A stretch of 64,000 bases of DNA from an uncultured Erysipelotrichaceae bacterium (GTDB lineage Bacteria; Bacillota_I; Bacilli_A; RFN20; CAG-826). The stretch lies in NCBI GenBank assembly GCA_900315885.1, contig ONAT01000001.1:10988-74987 (forward strand), given 5' to 3'. The notes below the pieces were generated by a model. That model did no database searches, was not told the DNA's origin, and saw only the letters and a list, made by a program, of their open reading frames with translations. Position numbers and translations under genes: made by a program. Shown in pieces: positions 56,263 through 64,000 of the stretch; positions within the stretch are counted from its first letter, which is position 1, and every line of letters starts with the position of its first letter.

Positions 56263-56326
56263 ATTAGCCTTTTTTGCTTTGCTTATATTTTATATGTTGA
56301 ACGCATAAGATTTATGGGTGATATAA

Positions 56327-56965
56327 ATGAAATTAGTGTTACAGGGCTTTTCAGGAAAAATGGGAAAGGTTGTCTACAAATATTTAAAAGAAAATGGGTA
56401 TACATTTGTGGGACTTTTTGATGAAAAGCATAAAATTCAAGAGAAAAAAATAGCAAAATGCGATGCAATTATAGATTTTTCAACGATGGAAAGTGCTAAG
56501 AATATGTTTAATTTAGCAATTAAATATCATAAACCTATTATCATTGGAGTAACTGGTTTTACATCAGAAGACTTAGAAATGTTTGATAAAAAAGCACTTG
56601 AAGCTAAGATGTCGGTATATGTAATTTATAATTTTTTAATAAGTATACAGCGCTTAAAAGAATTTATAGATGCATTATCGGATAATTACGAGACAATTTA
56701 TGTTGAAGATATACATAATGTAACAAAAAAAGATGCACCAAGTGGTACAACTAACTTTTTGATTGATAAAATTGAAAAAAACAAATTAGAAGTTTCATCT
56801 ATTAGGACTAATTATTTTACTTATGAACACAAAATTAGATTATTTAATGAATTTGAATCATTAGAAATAACGCATAAGTGTTATAATAAACTTGGTTATG
56901 CAAAAGGCGTTGAAATTGCCTTAACACGTCTTAATACTTTTGTAGGACTAAAAAGGAGCATTTAG
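56327..56965 (+). CDS. dapB: 4-hydroxy-tetrahydrodipicolinate reductase, short form
   Basis: N-terminal GxxGxxG-like FSGKMGK, IIDFS, IIGVTGF and EDIHNVTKKDAPSGT (E-x-HH/K-DAPSGT signature). Confidence 0.7.
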   Translation: MKLVLQGFSGKMGKVVYKYLKENGYTFVGLFDEKHKIQEKKIAKCDAIIDFSTMESAKNMFNLAIKYHKPIIIGVTGFTSEDLEMFDKKALEAKMSVYVIYNFLISIQRLKEFIDALSDNYETIYVEDIHNVTKKDAPSGTTNFLIDKIEKNKLEVSSIRTNYFTYEHKIRLFNEFESLEITHKCYNKLGYAKGVEIALTRLNTFVGLKRSI

Positions 56966-57640
56966 ATGGTACTTGTCAAAATAATAAATGAGGTAAGCGA
57001 TATATTTGAAGAACATGGATATAAAATATATGCAGTCGGAGGAACTGTTAGAGATTTTTTGTTGGAGCGAGAAATTCATGATTATGATTTTGTCACTGAC
57101 GCCACACCAGAAGAAATGAAACTCTTTTTAGATACTTACAAGGATGTTTTTGCAAAATATGGAGTAATGATTTATAAGCATAAAGGAATCAAAATTGAAA
57201 TTACAACTTTACGAAAAGAATCTTCTTATAATGACTCAAGACATCCGGAAAAAATCAAATTTGTAAAACATTTAAAAGAAGACTATTTAAGACGAGATTT
57301 TACTATTAATGCCTTATATATGGATAAAAATAAAAAAATATATGATTTTTGTGATGGTTTAAATGACTTAAAGCAAAAAGAAATAAGAGTTATTGGAGAC
57401 ATTGACAAAAGAATGAAAGAAGATCCATTAAGAATTTTAAGAGCTTTAAGATTCTCTTTAGTATTAAATTTTAAACTTGATGATGCTCTTGACTCATACA
57501 TACAAAATAACATTGATTTGCTGAACAAATTAAATCCTAATAAGATACGTGAAGAGATAGCCAAAATGCAAAAAATAAACAGTGTTGGTACCAAAGATAT
57601 TTTGTTTAAATATGGTATTAATTTGTTTAATAATCATTAA
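56966..57640 (+). CDS. tRNA nucleotidyltransferase/poly(A) polymerase family protein, head+neck only (224 aa)
   Basis: GGTVRD, DYDF, RRDFTINAL and EDPLRILRALRF motifs are present. No body/tail region is visible. Confidence 0.75.
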   Translation: MVLVKIINEVSDIFEEHGYKIYAVGGTVRDFLLEREIHDYDFVTDATPEEMKLFLDTYKDVFAKYGVMIYKHKGIKIEITTLRKESSYNDSRHPEKIKFVKHLKEDYLRRDFTINALYMDKNKKIYDFCDGLNDLKQKEIRVIGDIDKRMKEDPLRILRALRFSLVLNFKLDDALDSYIQNNIDLLNKLNPNKIREEIAKMQKINSVGTKDILFKYGINLFNNH

Positions 57641-57677
57641 TTATATGTTAATATAATTGTTGATTGGTGGTGTTATT

Positions 57678-58325
57678 ATGCCAAATAACTTTAAAGCAAT
57701 TGACTTTGAATATCTTTTAATTGAACATTATAAAAATTTGAATATTTCTGAAAATGAGTTAGCGGTTATTTTGGTTTTAAATCATTTATTAAAACAAAAA
57801 AATGATATTATTACCGCGGAAGCATTGTCTTTTAAAATGAATTTAGAACCACGTGAAATTGATGAAACTCTTTCAATTCTTGTTAAAAAGAGTATCGTTG
57901 ATCTAGAAATCAAAGGAACTAGTGCTAAACTTTCATTACTCCCTCTTAGAAAGAAACTTTTCAATCAATTTAAGATTGATATCTTAAAAGAAGAGGAAGC
58001 ACAAAAAGAGGAAATGCTTTCCAAAATGCAGAATGTATACGGCATTTTAGAGAAAGAACTAAAAAGAACTTTATCACCAATTGAGATTTCTCGTATTCAA
58101 GAATGGTTTACTATTAATTACACTGAAAAAGACATTGAAAATGCAGTTAAAGATTTAATTGCAACGGGGAAAAAAGTAACAATAAATGCGGTTGATAAAA
58201 AATTACTTGCTAAAGCTAAAGCTGAAGAATTAAATAAAGAAGGCGTCACTGCTTTAAGCGATAAATGGTCTAAAAACATGGAAGAAACAATTAAGATTGC
58301 AAAAATGAAGTGGTTAGATGACTAA
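57678..58325 (+). CDS. dnaD: DnaD domain replication initiation/primosome protein
   Basis: Winged-helix N-terminus, C-terminal DnaD repeat (LSPIEISRIQEWF...YTEKDIENAV), and dnaD-nth synteny. Confidence 0.8.
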   Translation: MPNNFKAIDFEYLLIEHYKNLNISENELAVILVLNHLLKQKNDIITAEALSFKMNLEPREIDETLSILVKKSIVDLEIKGTSAKLSLLPLRKKLFNQFKIDILKEEEAQKEEMLSKMQNVYGILEKELKRTLSPIEISRIQEWFTINYTEKDIENAVKDLIATGKKVTINAVDKKLLAKAKAEELNKEGVTALSDKWSKNMEETIKIAKMKWLDD

Positions 58326-58965
58326 AAATATTGATACAATTTTTGCTTATCTTAGTGAATTGTTTCCTAATGCACAATGTGAATTAGAATACACGAAAGA
58401 TTATGAACTTTTGATTGCGATTATTCTTTCTGCACAATGCACAGATAAGCGAGTAAATATTGTTACAAAAAGATTATTTGCGGATTATCCTAGCCTTGAA
58501 TCTTTAAATGAAGCATCTCTTAAAGATATAGAAGAACATATTAAAGCACTAGGACTTTATAAGAATAAAGCAAAAAGTATTAAAAATACTACAAAAATTC
58601 TTATTGAAAATTATGATGGTGTCGTACCAAAAGATAAAAAATTATTGATTCAATTACCTGGTGTTGGTAACAAAACTGCGAATGTTTTTCGTGCGGAATG
58701 GTATCATGAGCCAGAAATTGCGGTTGATACACATGTCGCACGCGTAGCAAAACGATTAGGCCTTGCTAATGAAAAAGATGATGTGACTGTCGTGGAGAAA
58801 AAACTCCGTAAATATCTAAATGAAGACTATTACATTAAGGCACATCATCAATTAATTCATTTTGGGCGTTATTTCTGCAAAGCTATTAGTCCACATTGTA
58901 AAGATTGTAAACTAAAGCATATATGCAAATCATATAATTCTAAATTCGCTAGCAAAACTGTCTAG
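58318..58965 (+). CDS. nth: Endonuclease III
   Basis: HhH-GPD (LPGVGNKTANV), catalytic D (VDTHV) and a C-x6-C-x2-C-x5-C cluster. Confidence 0.93.
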   Translation: MTKNIDTIFAYLSELFPNAQCELEYTKDYELLIAIILSAQCTDKRVNIVTKRLFADYPSLESLNEASLKDIEEHIKALGLYKNKAKSIKNTTKILIENYDGVVPKDKKLLIQLPGVGNKTANVFRAEWYHEPEIAVDTHVARVAKRLGLANEKDDVTVVEKKLRKYLNEDYYIKAHHQLIHFGRYFCKAISPHCKDCKLKHICKSYNSKFASKTV

Positions 58966-61242
58966 CGTTTTTTCATATCTTGGTCGAATAATTAAATATT
59001 CAATATTATTAAAATTATGCGGAAGTGTTATGTTTTTATAATTATAAAATGTAGTTACTTCTTCGCTTTCGTATTCTTTAATGCGCACTTCAAATCCTTC
59101 TTCACCAAATATTTTGGTATAATCAAAAGGAGCGGACTTGCTTTCTTCATTTTCAATTGATATTTCAATTTGATTATCTAAAATATATGTTTTAACATTA
59201 GTTATCTCTGATAATTTTGGATTTGGTAGTATCATGTTAGGGACTTTATCAACATCAAAAATACCCTCGATAATGTAATTATTAGGAATGTATTCGTTTG
59301 CTAAAAATAATCCATCTGCACCTTTTACAACTTTGACATGTACTATGCCATTTGGTACTTCTTTCTTTTGATTCTTAAGATTAATCTTCTCCATGACTTT
59401 TTTAAATATCTGCTTTGGAATTTGTCGCCTTTTATCACTTTTTCCAAAATAATCTTTATATCCTTTTCTTGGTGTATCCCACCCTGACCATACGGCCATA
59501 GAATATTGTGTAGAAAAGCCAGCAAGCCACGAATCTTTATCCGCGTAACTTGGATAACCTAGACTTTTTCTTTGACTATCATCATAAGCATTTGTTCCAG
59601 TTTTAGCACCAATTTCCACATCATTTACTTTTACTACACCAATATTGTAGTAGTTTTCATTAACGATATTTACTAATGTTGAAGCGATTTTATAACTCGC
59701 TTTTTTTGATAATATTTGTTTTTTTTCTGTATTTCTAGTGTAAATTATTTCATCGGTATCAAGGTCTTTTATATATGAGATAGTGGATGGCTTATTAAAC
59801 ATTCCATCACTTGAAAGCATTGAATACGCTCCAGCAATTTGAGTTGTTGAAAGTCCGTATGACATTCCACCAATCCCATAAGAATAAGTAAAAGGTCCAT
59901 CATCCATGATGTCAATTGACTTTAAATAATTTTCAGCTTCATTGATACCTATTTTTTTAATGACGTTTTCTAATGTGTAAAGTGCAGCTGTATTTTTAGA
60001 ATATCCAAGCGCGTCTTGAACAGAAATATTACCTAAATAGTTTTTATCTGCGTTTTGCACAGTATAATTACTATTTGGATAAGTATATGGCTCATCAATA
60101 ACTGTGGTTGCATTAGTGTAATCTAAATATTCACTTGCTAAAGCATACTCAAAAATGGGCTTAATTGTAGAAGCAGGTTGCCTTTGCATGGAATACGCTC
60201 TATTGAAAAGACGAGAACCATTGTAATTTTTTCCGCCAATAACACCAACGATACTTGTATCATCGTTACTAATTACTGTTGCTGCAATTTGCTGAGTTTC
60301 ATCATCAAATTTGATGATATTTCCTTTTTGAATTTCATCCAAATAATATTGTAAAGAAGTATCTAGATATGTATGTATTTCTAAATTGCATTGTAATGGA
60401 TCTCTATTGATTAGTGACTCAACTTCTAAATAAACGACATCTAAATATGCTTGAAAGTTGTATGCTTTCTCGGCAACATCACTCTTACTCACAAGATTTT
60501 TTGTTAACACTTTTGTACTTGATTCATATTCGAATTTAGATATGTAACCATCTTTATACATATTTAGTAAAACAAGATTTTTTCTTTCGTCCATTCTTTC
60601 AGGATATTTTAAAGGATTATAATAACTTGCCGATTTAACGACTCCTGCAAGAATTGCCATTTCTGGAAGAATAAGTTGGTTTAGTTCTTTATGAAAGTAT
60701 CTTCTTGCAGCATATACGACACCGGGAGTGGTTTGCTCAAAATAAACACTATTAAAATACAAAGTAATAATTTCTTCTTTGGTAAGTTGCTGCTCAATAT
60801 TTAAAGCTAAATATGCTTCTTGTATTTTTCTTTTATATGTTTGTTCATTTGTAAGCATTATGTTTTTCACTAATTGCTGTGTAAGTGTGGAACCACCATG
60901 TTTGTTTGATGAAACAAGATTGTGCGCAAAAGCTTCGATAGTTCTTTTAGGGTCAATACCTTTATGAGTGAAAAAGTTTTTATCTTCAATACTTACTAAG
61001 GCATTTACTAAAAGAGATGGTAAGTCACTATATTCAATATATTCTTTTTTGTCTTTGCCAATGCTTTCGATAATATTGTTGTTTTTGTCATATATTTTTG
61101 AGTATTTTTTATTTTTTAACTCTTCAATATGTGGTGCTTTTACACCATTTAGTGCATACAAAACGTAACCAACAGTGAACGCTGTAGATATAATTGTGAA
61201 TAATGAAGAGATAACAAAAATGATTCTAATCGTTTTTTTCAT
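58930..61242 (-). CDS. ponA: Class A penicillin-binding protein 1A (glycosyltransferase plus transpeptidase)
   Basis: N-terminal TM segment, GT51 motifs (SIEDKNFFTHKGID, GGSTLTQQ), and TP motifs (STIKP, SKN, KTGT). Confidence 0.93.
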   Translation of the reverse strand: MKKTIRIIFVISSLFTIISTAFTVGYVLYALNGVKAPHIEELKNKKYSKIYDKNNNIIESIGKDKKEYIEYSDLPSLLVNALVSIEDKNFFTHKGIDPKRTIEAFAHNLVSSNKHGGSTLTQQLVKNIMLTNEQTYKRKIQEAYLALNIEQQLTKEEIITLYFNSVYFEQTTPGVVYAARRYFHKELNQLILPEMAILAGVVKSASYYNPLKYPERMDERKNLVLLNMYKDGYISKFEYESSTKVLTKNLVSKSDVAEKAYNFQAYLDVVYLEVESLINRDPLQCNLEIHTYLDTSLQYYLDEIQKGNIIKFDDETQQIAATVISNDDTSIVGVIGGKNYNGSRLFNRAYSMQRQPASTIKPIFEYALASEYLDYTNATTVIDEPYTYPNSNYTVQNADKNYLGNISVQDALGYSKNTAALYTLENVIKKIGINEAENYLKSIDIMDDGPFTYSYGIGGMSYGLSTTQIAGAYSMLSSDGMFNKPSTISYIKDLDTDEIIYTRNTEKKQILSKKASYKIASTLVNIVNENYYNIGVVKVNDVEIGAKTGTNAYDDSQRKSLGYPSYADKDSWLAGFSTQYSMAVWSGWDTPRKGYKDYFGKSDKRRQIPKQIFKKVMEKINLKNQKKEVPNGIVHVKVVKGADGLFLANEYIPNNYIIEGIFDVDKVPNMILPNPKLSEITNVKTYILDNQIEISIENEESKSAPFDYTKIFGEEGFEVRIKEYESEEVTTFYNYKNITLPHNFNNIEYLIIRPRYEKTLDSFASEFRII
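58947..58973 (+). terminator. nth terminator embedded in the 3' end of convergent ponA
   Basis: CGCTAG-9 nt loop-CTAGCG plus T6. Confidence 0.55.
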
Positions 61243-61855
61243 GGAAATATGCCTCGTCTATTGCTTTTAAAATTTCTAGTCTTGGCATATAACCTTGTTT
61301 TATTTCAATTCCTTTTTCTATAATATCGCTTAATGGAATGGAACAACGTGTTTTGTTTTCAAAGAAATCTATGACATATTGAGCGTCTAATAAATAAACT
61401 TTGTTAAGTGATTCAAGAGAAATAACAAAAAATGCAATTCCTCCGTGTTTTAGTACTTTCTTTAAGTGACTAATTTGATGAGTGGTTATGTTATGAAGTG
61501 GTAAAGAAGTTTTGCTTAAAGTGTTTTTGGCTTCAAAATCAATGTATTTTCCACGATACACCCCGTTATAGTCAGTGGTAGATTGCTTTTCAAAATATGC
61601 ATCAGTAATTCTAGCACCTTTAGTGTAATCGACATGTACTACATTAATTGGAGTTGGTCTTTTAGTGATAATGGCAAGCCCTTGCTCATCAAAAAATTCA
61701 AGTGATAAGTTAATGTCACTTTCAAAATCCATACCACGATTTTTGTATACGACATTCTCTTTGGTATGTTTTATTTTTGATTTTGTTTCGAAAAAAGTTT
61801 TTTTGCCATTTGGATAGTTTACCACATCATTCATCTCCTCAAAACTATATGCCAC
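61226..61855 (-). CDS. recU: Holliday junction resolvase RecU
   Basis: NYPNGKK N-terminus, NRGMDFE, FEAKNT, and recU-ponA operon context. Confidence 0.92.
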   Translation of the reverse strand: MAYSFEEMNDVVNYPNGKKTFFETKSKIKHTKENVVYKNRGMDFESDINLSLEFFDEQGLAIITKRPTPINVVHVDYTKGARITDAYFEKQSTTDYNGVYRGKYIDFEAKNTLSKTSLPLHNITTHQISHLKKVLKHGGIAFFVISLESLNKVYLLDAQYVIDFFENKTRCSIPLSDIIEKGIEIKQGYMPRLEILKAIDEAYFHEKND

Positions 61856-61872
61856 TTTTAGTTTGTGCTAAA

Positions 61873-62598
61873 TTATTCTAAATAATTACGAATATTTTCT
61901 TTGAATTCTTTAGATGTCACATCTTCGTCGTTTATTAATTTTATAACAGCGTTATGAATAGGATCTGGGAAGTGTTTCATGTTTTTTAATACCTTAAGGT
62001 ATTCTTCGTATAATTTGTCGGGTGATTTCAAGACAACTTTATAAAGTTTTAATAGGTCTAGAGCATCATTTAAAGGATCATGTGATTCACCAGTTGGCTC
62101 AGCACCAAATAATTTCAAATAATTCACTAGTGAATATGGGTTGCCGTGTTCATCTTTGACATATTGTGATAAAATTGCTGACATATCTATATCGTTTTTA
62201 ATAATATGATGCACCGCTTCAGCATCTGCACTTGGACTTGCCTCTAATGATTTGGCTAAAATTCTTAAATCATGGCTACCAAATGTCATAAATGCCATTT
62301 TCTTAAATGACAAGCCACAATATTTTTTGACTTGCTCAATAGCAGCTTTAAATGGTAGGCCTTCGCTACTTAATAGTTCAGGAGTAATACCAGTTAAATC
62401 TTGCACGAAATGACCAATTGGCCCGACAGATTTAACGTAGAACTTTATACCTTTATAAATCTTTTTGACTCTAAATTTGTAATCTAAATCAACTTTAACT
62501 GCACCTAACGCAATCATTTCATGTGAGAATTGCGTGCCTTCTAAGTCGATAAATAAAATGTGCTTACGCTTATTAATTGCCTTTACTAAACTTTTCAT
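61873..62598 (-). CDS. DEDDh 3'-5' exonuclease (KapD/DnaQ-like)
   Basis: ILFIDLEGT (Exo I), FGSHDLR (Exo II-like) and SHDPLNDALDL (Exo III, H-x4-D). Confidence 0.7.
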   Translation of the reverse strand: MKSLVKAINKRKHILFIDLEGTQFSHEMIALGAVKVDLDYKFRVKKIYKGIKFYVKSVGPIGHFVQDLTGITPELLSSEGLPFKAAIEQVKKYCGLSFKKMAFMTFGSHDLRILAKSLEASPSADAEAVHHIIKNDIDMSAILSQYVKDEHGNPYSLVNYLKLFGAEPTGESHDPLNDALDLLKLYKVVLKSPDKLYEEYLKVLKNMKHFPDPIHNAVIKLINDEDVTSKEFKENIRNYLE

Positions 62599-62728
62599 AA
62601 CTAGACCTCGTAATTAGTATACCATTCTTGAAAAAATAGTCTATTTAAAACGAAATAAGTCACTAACTTTTTTTCTTCTCATATACATAAGTGAGCTTAT
62701 TTGAAGCTCGAAAATGTAGGTGAAAGTT

Positions 62729-63220
62729 ATGTTTTGTTGTAATAATAGTTTTTTTAACTTAAATCGAACATGTGTTACTGATTGCACAAGTACATGTGGC
62801 CCAACGGTCGTAATGACTTGTAGCGATTGCTGTACTAGAGTTTGTTCAAGAGTAACATATACAGTTACAATTACAAACCCTGCAACTTGTACAATTGAAT
62901 GTGCGGCGTTACATTGTCGCTTAGCACCATCATTTTGTTTTAATAGAGGAACAGTAACAGTTAACGGAACCGCAAATGTGGATGCAACACCTGAATGTAT
63001 ATCATTAGGCACAATTGCTCCGGGTGCGACAGTTACAGTTACATATGTTGTAACAGTTATGGAATGCAAACGCTATAACAAATCACAAGCATGCTTAAGC
63101 GGCTTAGTCTGTTGCTGCTGTGAATCAAAACGTTTAGTAATTCCATCAAATGTTAGTGTATTGCAAGTATGTTGCTGCTGCGGTGGCTCATCAACAACTA
63201 CGGAAACAACCGGCAATTAA
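62729..63220 (+). CDS. Cysteine-rich protein with a DUF11-like beta-sandwich segment and CCCC motifs (possible spore surface protein)
   Basis: MFCCNN..., VTYTVTITNP...TVTVNGTANVD...LGTIAPGATVTVTYVVTV, LVCCCCES and QVCCCCGG. ATG 62729 follows AGGTGA. Confidence 0.7.
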   Translation: MFCCNNSFFNLNRTCVTDCTSTCGPTVVMTCSDCCTRVCSRVTYTVTITNPATCTIECAALHCRLAPSFCFNRGTVTVNGTANVDATPECISLGTIAPGATVTVTYVVTVMECKRYNKSQACLSGLVCCCCESKRLVIPSNVSVLQVCCCCGGSSTTTETTGN

Positions 63221-63260
63221 ATTAACGAAACCACGAGTGGTTAATTAAACTTAAATACTT

Positions 63261-63284
63261 AGGCCAACTATGTTGGCCTTTTTC
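63261..63284 (+). terminator. Terminator after the Cys-rich gene
   Basis: AGGCCAAC-TAT-GTTGGCCT plus TTTT. Confidence 0.85.
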
Positions 63285-63355
63285 TTATTCCCATAATCAT
63301 TTGTTGTTGAATAGTTATATGTAAAAATGTATAATAAACATTGTGGGAATAAATT

Positions 63356-63715
63356 ATGAAAAATAGTGTTATGTTAGATTCAAAAAAGATTTTAGATAAG
63401 ACATTTAATGTTGCAGTTAAAGGCTATCGTGCTTTGGAAGTTGATGAATTTCTTGATATAGTTGCCGACGATTATGACAAGTTTAATGAAGAAATTGAAA
63501 AATTAAAAAAGAACTATGAACTTTTAAAAACAAAGAATGATAGTTTATTTAAACAAATGTCTGATTTAGAAACAAAAAACGCTATTTTGAGTAACAAAAT
63601 TTCATCTATTGGTGAAAATACTGCAGTTTCTCTTTCAAATTTAGATTTATTAAATCGCATCAAAAAATTAGAAAGTGAATTATATAAAGCAGGTATAGAT
63701 CCTACAAAAATATAA
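63356..63715 (+). CDS. gpsB: Cell-cycle protein GpsB (DivIVA domain)
   Basis: KILDKTFNVAVKGYRALEVDEFLDIVADDYD plus a coiled coil. It lies immediately upstream of rnpB, as in Bacillus. Confidence 0.9.
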   Translation: MKNSVMLDSKKILDKTFNVAVKGYRALEVDEFLDIVADDYDKFNEEIEKLKKNYELLKTKNDSLFKQMSDLETKNAILSNKISSIGENTAVSLSNLDLLNRIKKLESELYKAGIDPTKI

Positions 63716-63720
63716 AAATA

Positions 63721-64000
63721 TTTCGACCTGGATAACTGCTGATACGAAAGTATTAGAGGAAAGTCCATGCTCGCACAAGCTGAGATGCTTGTAGTGTTTG
63801 TGCTAGATGAATAAATAAGTCTAGGTATATGGGAGCATATAACGGCAGATTGAGACCTAAGTCTTAGGATATGGTTAAAGTCTTGAAAGTGCCACAGTGA
63901 CGTAGTCTACAAGGAAACTTGGAGAGTGGAACGCGGTAAACCCCACAAGCGAGAAACCCAAATTTGGTAGGGGAAGCAAAGAAGGAGAATTCAATTCGAC
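63721..64000 (+). ncRNA. rnpB: RNase P RNA, type B (5' portion; runs off the window)
   Basis: GAGGAAAGTCCATGCTCGCAC, GAAAGTGCCACAGTGACG, GAGTGGAACGCGGTAAACCCC and GCGAGAAACCCAAATTTGGTAGGGGAA are collinear with B. subtilis rnpB. Confidence 0.93.

Noticed and set aside
62641-63069. 142-aa minus-strand ORF opposite the Cys-rich gene.
   Set aside because: It is the shadow of the repetitive GTTACAGTTACA-type codons of the plus-strand gene. The plus-strand ORF has an SD, a start and a terminator, while the minus ORF has none.
1-64000. Search for CRISPR arrays, rRNA genes, transposases, IS elements and prophage structural genes.
   Set aside because: Reading both strands, I noticed no regularly spaced direct repeats, rRNA signatures, transposase-like ORFs with terminal inverted repeats, or capsid, tail or terminase-like ORFs. 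A computational repeat search was not possible.

Overview
This is an AT-rich chromosomal segment (GC not computed) from a low-GC, endospore-forming Firmicute. Sporulation genes present include spoIVA, a spoVIF-like gene, dacB-spmA-spmB and YjcZ-type tiny spore peptides. The genetic code is standard, with TGA used as a stop. Most of the window is housekeeping core in Bacillus-like order: rplS-lepB-rbgA-rnhB, dprA-topA-trmFO-xerC, rpsB-tsf-pyrH-frr-uppS-cdsA-dxr-rseP-polC, sufCDSUB, mnmG-rsmG-parA-parB, cmk-der, hup, dapB-cca-like, dnaD-nth, ponA-recU, and gpsB-rnpB. RNA features are tRNA-Pro(CGG), an FMN riboswitch upstream of ribU, a possible L19 leader, and the 5' part of type-B RNase P RNA at the window end. 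The best candidate for something undescribed is an integrase-less ~3 kb minus-strand insertion between yhaM and hit (about 31.76-34.67 kb). It encodes an XRE repressor and an ImmA/IrrE metallopeptidase. These are followed by a face-to-face promoter pair with mirrored 9-bp arms and a terminated ~70-nt sRNA candidate. Downstream lie a 34-aa hydrophobic sORF, a DUF4417-like protein, a 159-aa toxin-like protein and a 111-aa immunity-like protein. Secondary candidates are listed here. (1) A TerB-like ORF and an N-terminally incomplete trypsin-like protease are separated only by an A9 slippery tract. (2) A membrane protein, a 586-aa unknown protein and LemA form a cluster after tRNA-Pro. (3) A GtrA-HAD fusion lies next to a GT4 glycosyltransferase. 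(4) Two tandem YjcZ-like Cys-tailed peptides follow a sigmaK-like promoter. (5) There is a CCCC-motif cysteine-rich protein. All calls come from reading the sequence and ORF translations by eye; no searches were run.
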